Assembly (NCBI RefSeq): GCF_009914755.1
Contig: NC_060944.1
Reading direction: 5' to 3' (one strand)
DNA: 64,000 nt
Source: the human T2T-CHM13v2.0 reference genome, Homo sapiens
Positions within the stretch are counted from its first letter, which is position 1. Each line of letters starts with the position of its first letter. Both the position numbers and the translations under genes were made by a program. Below are positions 21,233 through 36,338 of this stretch, piece after piece. The notes below the pieces were generated by a model. The model searched no databases. It was not told the origin of the DNA and saw only the letters and a program-made list of their open reading frames with translations.

Positions 21233-22092
21233 TAATTTAATTTTGCTTTATTAAGGTTTTTTTTAGGCTAGGCACAGTGGCTCACACCTGTAATCCCAAC
21301 ATTTTGGGAGACTGAGGCGGGCAGATCACCTGAGGTCAGGAGTTTGAGACCAGCCTGGCCAACATGGTGAAATCATATCTCTACTAAAAACATGAAAATT
21401 AGCTGGGCGTGGTGGTGGGCGCCTGTAATCCCAGCCACTCAGGAGGCTGAGACAGCAGAATCTTTTGTGTCCAGGAGGTGGACATTGCAGTGAGCCAAGA
21501 CTGTGCTACTGCACTCCAGCCTGGGCGACAGAGCAAGACCCCATCTCAAAAAAGATCAGCCCATTAAAAATGAGTAAAAGACCTTAACGAACACTTTACA
21601 CAAGAAAATGCGGAAATGGTCCTTATGCACATGAAAAAAGCTTCATCCTTCATTAGTCACCAGGGAAAAACAAATTAAAATCACATTGGGATACCTCTAC
21701 ATATTTACCAAATGGCTACATTTAAAAACTAACAACATCAATTATTGTTAAGAATGTAGTGTAACTAGAACTCACACATTGTTGAGGGGAGTGTAAAATG
21801 GTACAATCACTTTAGGAAAAAAATCTGACGGTGTCATAAAACTAAACATACACCTGGCCTGTGACCTGCAATTCTACTCCTAGATATTTACTCAAGAGAA
21901 AGGAAAACATGCCCACAAAAAGGCTAGCATGCAAGTGTTCATAGCAGCTTTATTCGTAATAATCAAAAGCCAAAAACAGATCAGAAGAATGGATAAACAC
22001 ACTGTGGTGTATTCATAAAATAGAATATGGTTGAGCACTAAAAAGCCACAAACAACAATATGAATAAACCTCAAAAACATTACACATAGTCA

Positions 22093-22290
<198 letters not shown>

Positions 22291-22399
22291 TCAGGAGGCT
22301 GAGGCAGGGAGAATCGCTTGAACCCGGGAGGCGGAGGTTGCAGTGAGCCAAGATCGCGCCATTGCACTCCAGCCTTGGCGACAGAGCAAGACTCTGTCT

Positions 22400-22436
<37 letters not shown>

Positions 22437-23876
22437 CATATACACTATACGATTTCATTTACATGAAATTCCAGAACAGCAAAATTAATATATCATGAAA
22501 AAATCAGAACAGTGGTTGCTTTGGGGAGTGGGGTAGGGATCGATTGAGGAGAGGCTTGAGAGAACTTTCTGGAGTTGATGTTACTGTCCTATAACTTAAC
22601 TGGGATTTGGGACTCGTAAGTGTTTGCCTTTGTCCGAGCTTGTTGAAAGGTACACTTAAGATTTGTGCAATTCACTTTATATAAATTATATCTGAAAAAT
22701 ACCTGTAAACAAATGTTGAGCTGAAGTTATGCAGGTCAAGGTGTTTAGAGGTAGAATATGCTGATGTCTACAACTTACACTGAAATGTGCCAAAAAATAA
22801 GATGGATTGATAAGTGAAAAGATGAATGGCTAGATAAATGGATAGATGATTAAGCAAAGACAGCAAGGTGATAAGTATATCAGTGTTAAAATGTGCGATT
22901 CTTTCAACTTATCCATATATTTGAAAGTTTCTATAATAAAACTGTAGGGGAAAATATATATATACTCTTCAACCCAGAAATTTTACTCCTGGGAATTTAT
23001 CCCATAGAAATAAAAGTATTTGTCTATAATAACACGTGTGAGAACATTTATTGCAATGCTGTTCCTAGTGACCAAGAACTGGAACCAAAGTGCATATCCA
23101 TGAAATGGGGGTGGATATGAGTACTCACCTGAGTAGAGCGTGGCACGTCCACACCATGGGCTAGAACGTGGCCGCTAAAAGGAGTAAGTCAGAGCCTCTC
23201 CAGAGAGTTTAAAGGGATTTCACTGAGGAACGGTTGAGGGAGAAAAGCAAGAGTGAATAATATAATCCTATTTTTGTAAAACAATCACACACACCACACA
23301 TACACTCTCTCTCTCTTGTTCTCTCTCTCTGGATAGAATTATATATATTTAAAAAAATGGAAGAACACAGATTGCTAACACAGCTTATGGGTAAAGGCAA
23401 AAAATAAAGGGTTGAGTGTTGTTATGGGGGTAAGGGGGAATATCCATGATTTAAAAAACAGCACGTATATCATCTCCTTTAAGTTAAATTTTCTGGCCAG
23501 ACACACTCAGGAGTTCAAGACGAGCCTGGACAACATAGCGAGACCCTAGTCTCAACAACAACAAAAAATTAGTTTGGTGTCATGGTGCATGCCTCTAGTC
23601 CTAGCTACTTGGAAAGCTGAGATGGGAGGATGGCTTGAGCCCAGGAATTTGAGGCTTCAGTGAGCTGTGATTGCACCACTGCACTCCAGCCTGGGCAACA
23701 GAGCAAGACCCTGTCTCTTTAAAAGATAAATAAATAAAATTAAAATAAGTTAAATTTTCTGTAGTATGCAGCGTGTGGTGCTTAAAGAGATGCACATGAA
23801 GGCTGGGCACCAAAATGTTAATAATGGTCATCTCATGGTGGTAGGATTCCAGGTAATTATTTCCTTGTCTTTGTAG

Positions 23877-24134
<258 letters not shown>

Positions 24135-24229
24135 TGACACTGCGCCTCAATATTTTTTTTATTTTTTGTAGAGACGAGGTCTCAATATGTTGCCCAGGCT
24201 GGTCTAGAACTCCTGGCCTCAACTCCCAA

Positions 24230-24958
24230 TTCCTACTTTTGCCAGACCCTAATCTTATCTGACCTCTCACCAGCATTTCGCATTGTTGGCAGATGTCTCC
24301 TTGAAATACTCCCTTCAATCAACTTCCATGGCACCCTGCTCCCAAATCCTGCCTCTGCGATCATCACTTCTCAGTCCTCTTTCCATCCCTCCCATCATCT
24401 TCCTCTGGATTTTGTCCTCAAACCTGTCCTTTTCTCAGTTTAATTACCATCTAGATGCTAATGTCTCCCAAGCTGCTGTCTTGAACTCCAACCAAACATC
24501 TCTAATTGGATGTCCCACAGGTCATCAGACCCAGCATGGCCAAAACTAATCTCATCATCTTTCCCCCAAAAGCTACTGCTTCTTCTCCTGCAGTCCAATC
24601 TCAGAGAATGTCAGCATCGCCACCCACCACTTGCTAAAGCCATAATCTTGGATATCATTACTCTCTCCTACTCCCACATCCAGTCGCTCACCAGGTGCTG
24701 TCAGTTCTGTCTCCCAAGTCTCTATCCATCCATCCTCTTGTCTGCATCTCCCCTACCCCTGCTTTGATTTGGGCACCATTACATCTCTTGTAAATGACTG
24801 AAGCAGCCTGTTCATTCATCTTTCTGTCCACTGCCCCCATTTATCTCCCATAGATGCCAGAGAGATTTTTCTAAACCACAGATCTGACCTCATCACTTCC
24901 CTGTTTAAACCTCTTTGAGGATTTCCCATTGCTCTTAAGATCAAGGTCAAACTCTTAG
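24230..24958 (-). mobile_element. L2 LINE fragment
   Basis: Pyrimidine-rich degenerate L2 motifs (TTGGATGTCCCACAGG..CAGCATGGCCAAAACTAATCTC, CCCACATCCAGTC). Confidence 0.7.
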
Positions 24959-24959
24959 A

Positions 24960-24962
24960 AAG

Positions 24963-24997
<35 letters not shown>

Positions 24998-25097
24998 AAG
25001 AAGGAAGGAAGGAAGGAAGGAAGGAAGGAAGGAAGGAAGGAAGGAAGGAAGGAAGGAAGGAAGGAAGGAAGGAAAGAAAATAAAAAAGAAAGAAAGA
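24960..25097 (+). repeat. Compound microsatellite with perfect (GGAA)18 at 25003-25074
   Basis: Counted directly. Confidence 0.95.
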
Positions 25098-25191
25098 GGC
25101 CGGGCGCGGTGGCTCACGCCTGTAATCCCAGCACTTTGGGAGGCCGAGGAGGGCAGATCACGAGGTCAGGAGATCCAGACCATCCTGGCTA

Positions 25192-25548
<357 letters not shown>

Positions 25549-25591
25549 TTAGCCGGGCGTGGTGGCGGGTGTCTGTAATCCCAGCTACTCA

Positions 25592-25838
<247 letters not shown>

Positions 25839-26762
25839 TGAGTAGCTGGAACCACAGGCACAGGCCACCCCACCCAGCTAATTTTCTGTTTTGTTTTTAG
25901 TAGAGATGAGGTTTCACTACGTTGCCCAGGCTGGTCTCAAACTCCTGGCCTAAAGCAATCCTCCCATCTCAGCCTACCAAGGTGCTAGGATGATAGACAT
26001 GACCCACTGCACCAGGCCAAGATCAAACCCTTAAACATGACACATTGGTTTAAAGATATGCTCAGCCTCCCCCAGCACATGCCATCTCCAGCCCCTGGCC
26101 TCTCTCTTTACCACAAATCTAAGAAGCAAGAACACTGCTGTGGGCCCTCTTCAAGGGCTAGGGGCGCTGGAACATTTGGCAGAGGTGAGGATGCCTTTTC
26201 CTTTTTGGAAAACTACTTTCCAGGTGGCTGAAGAAGTGAGAGGGCTGAGGTTGCTTCCCCTAGGGCGACAGCCTTCCATCTCCCACTCATCCCTCTGACT
26301 CTATTATTCTCAAGAGGTTGGGGCAATGAGCTGGGTGGAGATGACTGACCACAGAGAAGAAAAGCCCAGAGCGGGGATAAAGCCCACTTTTCTTTTGCTT
26401 TAGGGAGAAGGTTCTGCACTGATCCACATTCGCAGTGCCCTCCCTTTTTTTTAATTTTTTTTTTTTGGAGACGGAGTTTCGCTCTCGTTGCTGGAGTGCA
26501 ACGGTGCGATCTTAGCTCACCACAACCTCCGCCTCCCTGTGATTCTCCTGCTCAGCCTCCCGAGTAGCTGGGATTACAGGCATGTACCACCACGCCCAGC
26601 TAATTTTGTATTTTTAGTAGAGATGGGGTTTCTCCATGTTAGTCAGAACGGTCTGGAACTCCCAACCTCAGGTGATCCACCTGCCTCGGCCTCCCAAAGT
26701 GCTGGGATTATAGGCATGAGCCACCGTGCCCAGCCACCCTTCTTTTTTTGTTTTTTTTTTAG

Positions 26763-26879
<117 letters not shown>

Positions 26880-27097
26880 TAGAGGTGCATGCCACTGCAC
26901 CCAGCTCTCCATTCTAATTATTAATACCTTGATATAGAGCTCAGGACCAAGGCGGGAGGGCTCCTCTGCTACTGACTGTCCTCCATACATACACAGCATA
27001 GCACTGGGCACAATAACTCTTTATTTTAATCTTTATCAGTGGAGTCTACAGTACACTGTTCCCCTCGGCTTCAAGCTCCCAAGCCAGAAGGTGAGTC

Positions 27098-27482
27098 TTA
27101 CTAAAGAAAAAATTACTCACGACACTTGTTAAAGACAATAAGGCAAACTTTTTTGAAGAGGAGACATGACTGTAAGTATAGGGACCACTGGAATGGGGTC
27201 CTGCAGCGAGGGAGAGAGACTGGACTCAACTCTGACTGCAACCAGTTCAAGTAGAGATTTATCGCCAAGGAGCAGGGAGAGGAGCTCAACAGAATTTTTG
27301 CTGAAGGCAGGCCAGGGTGATAAGATACTGAAGGTGGGGAGTTTTTGCTAAACTGACTTAGCAGGATTCTTGCTCACATTGGATTCTATGAGGATAGAGA
27401 GAAGCTCAAGCTCAGGGCTAGATGAGCAGAGGGCTCAGAGGAGCCCAGTGATAGTTTTGGTCTAAGAAGAGAGTCTTTGTCA
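27098..27482 (-). mobile_element. MER31-like ERV1 LTR
   Basis: Minus strand starts TGACAAAGACTCTCTTCTTAGACCAAAACT..GGCTCCTCTGAGCCCTCT. Confidence 0.7.
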
Positions 27483-27629
27483 GCCTCAATAGGCAGAACT
27501 TAACTAAGTAGGGAGAAAGGAGAATGTGAGGCTGCAGGCTGGTCAGAGGGCACCCTCTGGTCAGGGTGCCCCATTAAAGTAGCCAAACACTGGCTTTGGG
27601 GTCCACCTATGGGTTTTAAGTCCTAGGCC

Positions 27630-27975
27630 TGAAGTAAGAGGCAGGACTTGACTCTGGAGGCAGGGCTCGGACACCAGGCAGAATTGAGCACTAGCTAAAA
27701 CAGGGATGGGGTGGAAGCAGCTTTCCTTAAGACACACCCACCAGGGTGCCATGTTTACCGTTGCCATGGCAACACCTGAAAGTTACCACCCTTTGCCATG
27801 GCAATGACCCAGCGAGCCAAAAGTTACTACCCCTTCCCTAGAAATTTCTGTATAAACCGCCCATTCACCTACATGTGATTAAAAATAGCTATAAATATAA
27901 CTGCAAAACTGCCCTGAGCTGCTACTCTTTGCATATACGGTAGCCCTGCTGTGCAGGAGCAGTCACGGAGCTGTA
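27630..27975 (+). mobile_element. MER41-family LTR (3'-truncated)
   Basis: GAGGCAGGACTTGACTCTGGAGG..AAGACACACCCACCAG..GTTGCCATGGCAACACC..CTAGAAATTTCT. Confidence 0.78.
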
Positions 27976-28689
27976 ATCAGCCCTGCACATTACTCACTCT
28001 GTAACCTTAGGCCTCAGTCTCCCCATGGGTGAAGACAAGGAGACAGAGGGGGCTAGAGTTCCTGTGTGTACTCAGGGTTCTAGGCGCTGGTGCCCGCTTT
28101 CCAGAAGGTCCCAGCTGGAATGTTTCCTAAAAAACAAGAGCCAAATGTCTCTTGCTTCACTTCGGCAACTTTCACATTTACATATAAATTGATACCTAAT
28201 GGTTCTGCCCTCCTTTATCTTAGCCCCAGGTTCTAATGAGCTGGAAAAATGGTCCTGTGCCTGGGAATAACAGAGCTTCCAGGCTAAGGGTGGGAGAGAA
28301 TAAGTTTCTTCGCTTGCTGTGCCATGGGGAAGGCAGAGAGGGCAGGGGTGAAGGGAATACCATGTCCCTTCTCCACTGGGACCTATGCCACAGTGTCCTA
28401 AAGTAGGGGAAAAAAGCGTTTTGTAACAGTATGAAACATGGTGGAAAATCAAGCCTGAAAGTATGTGAAATCCACTACACATTTTGTGAAAAGTGACTCA
28501 TAATTCTATTTGTTCTTTCCGGTGTACACATTACAGATATTTCATCCAGACAGAAACTGGAAATAAAGATAAGCCAGGAGCGCCATCTGGGACGTGATCT
28601 GTCACTAAGGCTAAGGCTTAACCGCTCAAATCCAGAGATCTCTGCAGATACCGGGGATGGGGAGAAAAGTGATAAAGTCCCTCCCCCAA

Positions 28690-28767
28690 AACACGCACAA
28701 ACACACACACAAACACACACACACATAAACACACACACAAACACACACACACACACACAAACACACA
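28690..28767 (+). repeat. Interrupted (CA)n microsatellite
   Basis: Seen directly. Confidence 0.9.
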
Positions 28768-29864
28768 CTCTACTGGTGCCAGGTCCCTCTTAAAGCGCTT
28801 TAAATACATCCGCTTATTTAATTCCAACAACCTGTGAAGTTAAGAGTCCCATTTTAGAGACTGAGGAAACTAAGACTTGCTCACCTAAGTGACTGGCAGA
28901 CTTGGGCTTCAAACCCAGGCCTGTCTGATCCTAAAGGCCCAGGTTAATTTACACAATACCACTACAGCACTAGAGCTTGTCTTTCTTTTCTTCTTTCTTT
29001 CTCTTTCTTTATTTCTCTTTCTCCCTTCCTTCCTTTTTTTTTGTAGAGACAGGGTTTCACTATGTTGCCTAGGGTGGTCTTCTTAAACTCCTGAACTCAA
29101 GTGATCCTCCCACCTCAGCCTCCCTAAGTTCTGATTGTACAGACATGAGCCACTGTGCAAGGCCTAAAGCAGAAGTTCTTAACTGAGGTCCATGGACAGA
29201 ATTCAGGGAGTCCGTGGATGAAAAACGAAACTATATCTTTATTTTTTCCTATTTCTAACTCAAATTTAACATTTCCTTCAAATCTGAAAGGGGGCAACAA
29301 ACCAATATCATTAACTTTGCCTCCAGTGGAAATCACTGATTTTCATATCATATTACAGTTGTTGATATCTCAAAATATCATTTATGGTCATCAATATTTC
29401 AAAATATCAGTAGTTAACTGACTCACCACAAGATCTTGTCATTTAGTGCATTAATAAAGAAACACTATGGTAGCCAGGTAGCTCCCAGAAAATAAAGCCC
29501 TGCTATGTAGCATTTGCCAATTCCCATGGTGTAAATACTCCTACAATTGCCCATTTCAAGGATGGCTATGTTTAACAACTGGTTTGCAAATTTCCTGAAA
29601 ATTTAGCAATCAATGTTTGGAAGCACAGACAAGACAGCTTCAGCACACCATGGGCACTAGAGTGAATTTTTCTGGATCTGCCAGAATTCCCTGCAAGTCC
29701 TGCAGCCTTCAATGTAATGACATTGGTAATAATGGTAATAGATTTTAAATATTGATTAAATCCTTCTTCTGTTCAAAGCATAATAATAAGCACTTAACAT
29801 GACCTATCTCATTTAAACTACCAATAATCCAATAAGGCAGGTATTATTGGAGTGGTTTAAAATG

Positions 29865-30070
29865 GGGGAAAGAGGAAAGGAAAAGTTGTGGTTTTGCCCC
29901 CTGGCGATGTCTGGCAATGTCTGGAGACATTCTTGATTGTCCTAACTGGGTTTGCTACTGGCATCTAGTGGGTAGATGCTGCCAAACATCCTTCAATGTA
30001 CAGGACACACACACTACCTGAGAAAGAATTATCCAGCCCAAAATGTCAGTAGAACTGGGGTTGAGAAATT
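29865..30070. mobile_element. MER20 DNA transposon
   Basis: TTTTGCCCCC..GGCAATGTCTGGAGACATT..GCTACTGGCATCTAGTGGGTAGA..GGTTGAGAAA. Confidence 0.8.
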
Positions 30071-30306
30071 CTTTATTACTGTTATTCCCTTTTTAAAAAT
30101 TGGAAAATTGCCACCCATTGAGATTAAGTTGTCCAAGTTCACACAGTTTTCATAGAGTCAGTTATGAGTGAAGACTAGTTCTTACTCCCTGACTCTCCCT
30201 TACCAGATGTAGGAAGAGTTGCTTATTACAAAGGAAGCAGGCTGGGCACAGTGGTTCACGCCTGTAATCCCAGCACTCTGGGAAGCTGAGGCGGGCAGAT
30301 CACTTA

Positions 30307-30954
<648 letters not shown>

Positions 30955-32104
30955 TCAAGGAGGCTCAGGCATCACATGTTGAAAGATCCAACCCCAGCTG
31001 CTTCTAAAGAGTGAGAAGGGGATGACAGTGACACTCTGTCTCTAAATAAATAAATAAATAAATAAGTGAGGGGATTTGGCCCCAGAAATTATTCTCAAAG
31101 TGAGTCAATCTGATGGCCCATTGGGCTGTCTGCAAAATTCATTTAGGACAATAAAATGAAAAGGAACATGGAGATCACTCATTGCATAAATACTTATTAA
31201 GAACATACTCTGTGCCTGCACTCTTCTAGGTGGTGGTGGAGTAGTGAACAGAAGCAAAATAGCTCTTGCCCTCATGGAGTGTACAAGCTGGTGGGGGAGT
31301 AGAAAAGCAAATGAAGAAGTGGGTTAGAAAAAGTACAGTTGTGATAGATGCTGTGAAGGAAGGAAGTGCGTGAAGTGCTATAGTAAATAATCTCCGTAGG
31401 GTCCTCTTTAGAGAGGATAGTCAGGAAGACTTCCCTGAAGAAGGGATATGTGAGCTAAGATCTGAAGGATGCAAAGCCAGCCATGGGAAGAGAAGAGAAC
31501 AGGCATCGACACAGTGGGACCAGCAGGGCAGGTGATGAGGCTCTGAGCAGAATAAGTTTGCTGTTTTCTAGTCACCAAAAGGAGGTTATTGTGGCCTGGT
31601 TCACTGGCTCATGCGTGTAATCTCAGCACTCTGGGAGCCCAGTGTGGGAGGATTGCTTGAGGCCAGGGGTTTGAGACCAGCCTGGGCAACAGAGTGAGAC
31701 CTCCCACCTCTACAAAAAAGGTAAAAATTAGCCGTGCATGGTGGTATGTGCCTGTAGTCCCAGCTACTCAGGAGGCTGAGGAGAGAGGATTGCTTGAGCT
31801 TGAGTTCAAGGCTGCAGTGAGCTAGGATCGAGCCACTGCTCTCCAGCCTGGGCAACAGAGTAAGACCCCATCTCAAAAAAAATAAAATAAAAAGAGAGAG
31901 AGAGAGAGATTATTGTGACTGGAGCACAAGGACAGAGGGAAGGGGCAATTCAGGACCAAGGTAAAGAGGTCAGCAGAGACCATGCCACACTGAGCTTTAT
32001 AGCACTATGTTCCACTCATCTGCCTGCGCTCAGGACTCAAAATAGGTGTGACAAAAAGGAAGCCCCAGGCTATAAGGGCTGGGCAGGTGAGTGTCTAAGG
32101 AGGG

Positions 32105-32609
32105 TGTATTAGTCTGTTCTCACGCTGCTAATAAAGACATACCTGGCCAGGAGCGGTGGCTCACGCCTGTCATCCCAGCACTTTGGGAGGCCGAGGTGGG
32201 CAGATCACTTGAGGTCAGGAGTTCGAGACCAGCCTGGCCAATATGGTGAAACCCCGTTTCTGCTAAAAATAAAAAAAAAATGAAGACATATCTGAGACTG
32301 GGTAACTTATAAATGAAAGAAGTTTAATTGACTCACAGTTCCACATGGCTGGGGAGGCCTCACAATCATGGCAGAAGGCCAATGAAGAATAAAGTCAGGT
32401 CTCACATGGTGGCAGGCAATAGAGCTTGCGCAGGGGAACTCCCATTTATAAAACTATCAGATCTCATGAGACTTATTCACTATCAAGAGAACAGTATGGG
32501 GGAAACCACCCCCATGATTCAATCATCTCCACCTGGCCCTGCCCTTGACATGTGGGGATTATTACAATTCAAGGTGAGATTTGGGTAGGGACACAGCCAA
32601 ACCATATCA
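32105..32609 (-). mobile_element. THE1-type MaLR LTR with nested Alu left arm
   Basis: TGTATTAGTCTGTTCTCACGCTGCTAATAAAGACATA..GACACAGCCAAACCATATCA. Confidence 0.88.
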
Positions 32610-35323
32610 GTGGGTGGTGGGGAGGGGTACTTGTAGGTACCTAGAGGGACTTCTAGTCTCTCCCGTGCTCCCACACTCACCTCCCTTAACCCGTCACCTC
32701 TACTGACCCAAGATTCCCAAATGCCAGGATCCAAGATGTGAGTGTGTGTATGTATGTGTACAACAATGATGAAGATCAGATGGCATTGGAGAAATCCTCA
32801 GCACATGGGACTGGAGGACCAACATGCCTGGCTCTGTGCTGAGAATGTCACACTAATAATTAGTCATTTGATTAGCAGCTGCCCACTTAACCACTGCACT
32901 GTTCAACAACAGTCCAATGGACTGGTGCCCTAGAGCTGGATTAACTTTGCAGAGTGGGTGAACAAACTAAGCTCTGCTCAGGGAAGCCCAGAATTCCAGA
33001 ACAGTGAGACTCATCTCAGAAAGCAGAGAATGGCAGAAGGTGGAGAAAGAGGGGAGGAAACAGACCCTGAGTAAATTCACTGTGCCAGCTGCTACGTGAA
33101 GCTTCACTATACATGCATTATCTCATTTCATCCTTCCAACAATACACTTCGGGGGTACCCTTTTCCCTATTCTCCACTCGGAAACTGTATTAGATCCAGT
33201 CAAGTCCAGAATTGGAATCCAGGTCTCCCTTTTCCTTGGTGAAGTGCCCACCCAATGTCTGGATTTCACCGTCAGTGATTCAAGGAACTTCTTTATCTAT
33301 TCAGAATTAAAGAAGTGAGCCGAGGAGCCACTGGTGTGCCCAAGACAAAGATGGCCTCTGAAAGGAGAGAAAATATAGCCCCGATGAGGGGAGGAAATGC
33401 TAAACAGAATTTGCCAGAACTCTCCAGAAATAATGAATGCCCAGGAGAAGAGCAAAGGTATTGAGAACTTGGGGAACCATTTGACTGTGTAAAGGGGGTA
33501 ATATTTTTGAAACTATCAAATAGATCCATCTACTTTTCATCCCTGTGAGTCATGATGCTCTGAATCTCTTCTTTCCACCACCCCCAGCCCCATTAAATCA
33601 AGAGGAATGCCGACCCCACCTGAAATAAAGAGGCCATCCTTTAGCTTTGAGTCTGTACAGAGGCCATAGTCTTAAAACCTAGCCTGGTGGGGAATACGGA
33701 GAGGTTCTTAATTTCAAAAACTTCCCTTTCCATGCAAAGGCAAATCTGGGAGGTCTGAGCTCTGGTATATATTATAAGCAGTCATTAGATGGCATTCAGT
33801 AAAAGAGCTCAGAAGAAGGTGATCTCTTCCAAGCCCAGAAGTGGAACCAAGAAGGCAGGGAGATTCAGAGAAAATGCAACCAAGAGAAAGACGTTGCCTG
33901 GAACGCTCAGGGATTCAGTGCCCCGACCTCCCTCAGCCCTTGCCCCAGTATGGGATGGAAAGAAAATAGGAATCCAGGGCTGGGCTCAGTGGCTCACACC
34001 TGTAATCCCAGCACTTTGAGAGGCCGAGGCGGGAGGATCACTTGAGGTTGGGAGTTCAAGACCAGCCTGCCCAACATGTGAAACCCCATCTCTACAAAAA
34101 ATATAAAAATTAGCCAGGCATGGCGGTGCACACCTTTAGTCCCAGCTACTCAGGAGGCTGAGGCAGGAGGGTCGCTTTAACCAGGGAGGTGGAGACTGCA
34201 GTGAGCCGAGATCATGCCACTGCACTCCAGCCTAAGCAACAGAGCAAGATTCAGTCTCGAAAAAACGAAAATAGAAATCCCAGAAGGTGAGAGGAAAAGG
34301 AGAAATCAGAAAGGGTTTTTCTTCATTGAAGCTCTGAGACTGTGCCTCTGGGTGACCAAGGAGCAGCCAAGATAGCAGAGAGATGGTCGTAGCCTTGGAG
34401 GATCCATCAGGGGCAGTCACAAAAACAGAGCCTCTACAAGCACTGTGGGAATCAGATTTCATATTGGAACAAGAACTCACGCAGATGTGGGATAACTTAG
34501 AGGTGGAAATCAGAGGGCCAGACAAAGAGCCACTATCATGTCTGCTGGAGCCACTGATGTGAGTGGACACACCACAGCTTGCAGGGAGAATCCAAGAAGC
34601 TCTTCCTGTCTGCCCAAAGGAGGCCATGAATGAGGTCCTTACAGAGGGGTTGTAGCAATGGAGAATAAAAAAAAAAAAAAAAAAAAAGACAAATTTGAGA
34701 GATGCTTAGAGGTGGAACTGAAAGTCCAGAAATGGTATAGCAGGGAGAGGGGAGGGAAAGGGTGGGGGGCAAGGGAACCCTAGATTTTTGACTTGAGCAG
34801 CTAAGTGGACTGAGCACTGTGCAGTAAGATGGGAAAGATGGGGGAGGGAGCAGGGTCAGGACTAGAGTGAGCAAGTGAGGTACTCACTTCAGACACCAAA
34901 TATAAGGCTGCGCCTCCAAAAAAAATCATTAAAAAATATAAATAATGTTTTAATGTGGTAATTTTTTTAAAAAAAATCAAAATGAATGCAAAAAAAAATC
35001 CATGAAGAACAAGATCAGGGTTACTGATTTTTCCTTTTGCCTCAGGCTTCAATATGGCTCAGCACAGCACTATTTCTGATCCTGTCTTGATTAAAATGTT
35101 TAATCTTTTGCTCACCATGGGTTTTTTTTGCATTCATTTATTCCTTTTTAATACTGCATCAAAATATTATTTGATGGCTGTGTTTTCTGGTGCCACCCAC
35201 ATTTTGCACCTAGGATGAGAGCTTCACTCACCTCCCCATTTCCAGCCCAGAGGAAGAAGCCTGGGGAAAGGAGGTTAACTAAGGTTCAGTCTTGGATATA
35301 CATGGGGATTAAAATAGATCTCA

Positions 35324-35611
<288 letters not shown>

Positions 35612-35881
35612 TCAAAATAAATAAATAAATAAATAACCTCAGGTGTGAAGTGCCTGGACCAGAGAGGACCTTTAACCTGTATTGTAGTGGATTCTGTGGG
35701 TACCTGGCTTGTTCCCTAGGTCTAACCATTTCAGGGCACAACAGCTGCCATCACCTGCATTTCCTGCCTCAGGACTCTCTTGGCCACCAAATGAGAGATA
35801 CTGGAAGTGCTGGGTAATTAACAGCCCCCCCATCCCCATCCCCCCACACACACACCCCCACACCCCCACCCAGCAGCCTTC

Positions 35882-36338
35882 TGAGGCAGGAGAATGGGGT
35901 CTGGAGGCAGGGAACCTAAGGCCCTTTCAGGCTGACTCCCTAGAACTAAATTGAAAGAAAAACCATAACTTTCCATACCTAAGTAAAAAAAGGACCAGAG
36001 TCTACACCCTTTGCAAACACCCACCTTTTCTGCGGGGCAGATGGGAAATGAAAGTACCAAGACGTTTGCATAGGAGTGTAACTTTGTGATTTCACTTCAG
36101 CCTCTGATTATGGGCCACCACTTCATTTACATGAGGTGAACACCAAGTGGCCAATGGGAAACCTCTAGCGGATATTTGGACCAGAGAAGATTCTGTATCC
36201 AGGGCCTGCTCCCACACTGTAGAGTGTACTTTCATTTTAAATTTCTGCTTTTGTTGCTTCATTCTTTCCTTGCTTTGTGCATTTTGTCCAATTCTTTGTT
36301 CAAGACGCCAAGAACCTGAACACCCTCCACGAGTAACA
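35882..36338 (+). mobile_element. MER51-type LTR nested in an LTR16-like element (about 35680-36628)
   Basis: TGAGGCAGGAGAATGGGGTCTGGAGGCAGGGAACCTAAGG...GTAACA with 4-bp TSD CTTC. Confidence 0.78.

Noticed and set aside
33789-34019. Lys/Arg-rich 76-aa ORF inside the candidate lost gene
   Set aside because: Runs into an Alu, has no convincing splice sites and is not needed for the phase chain.
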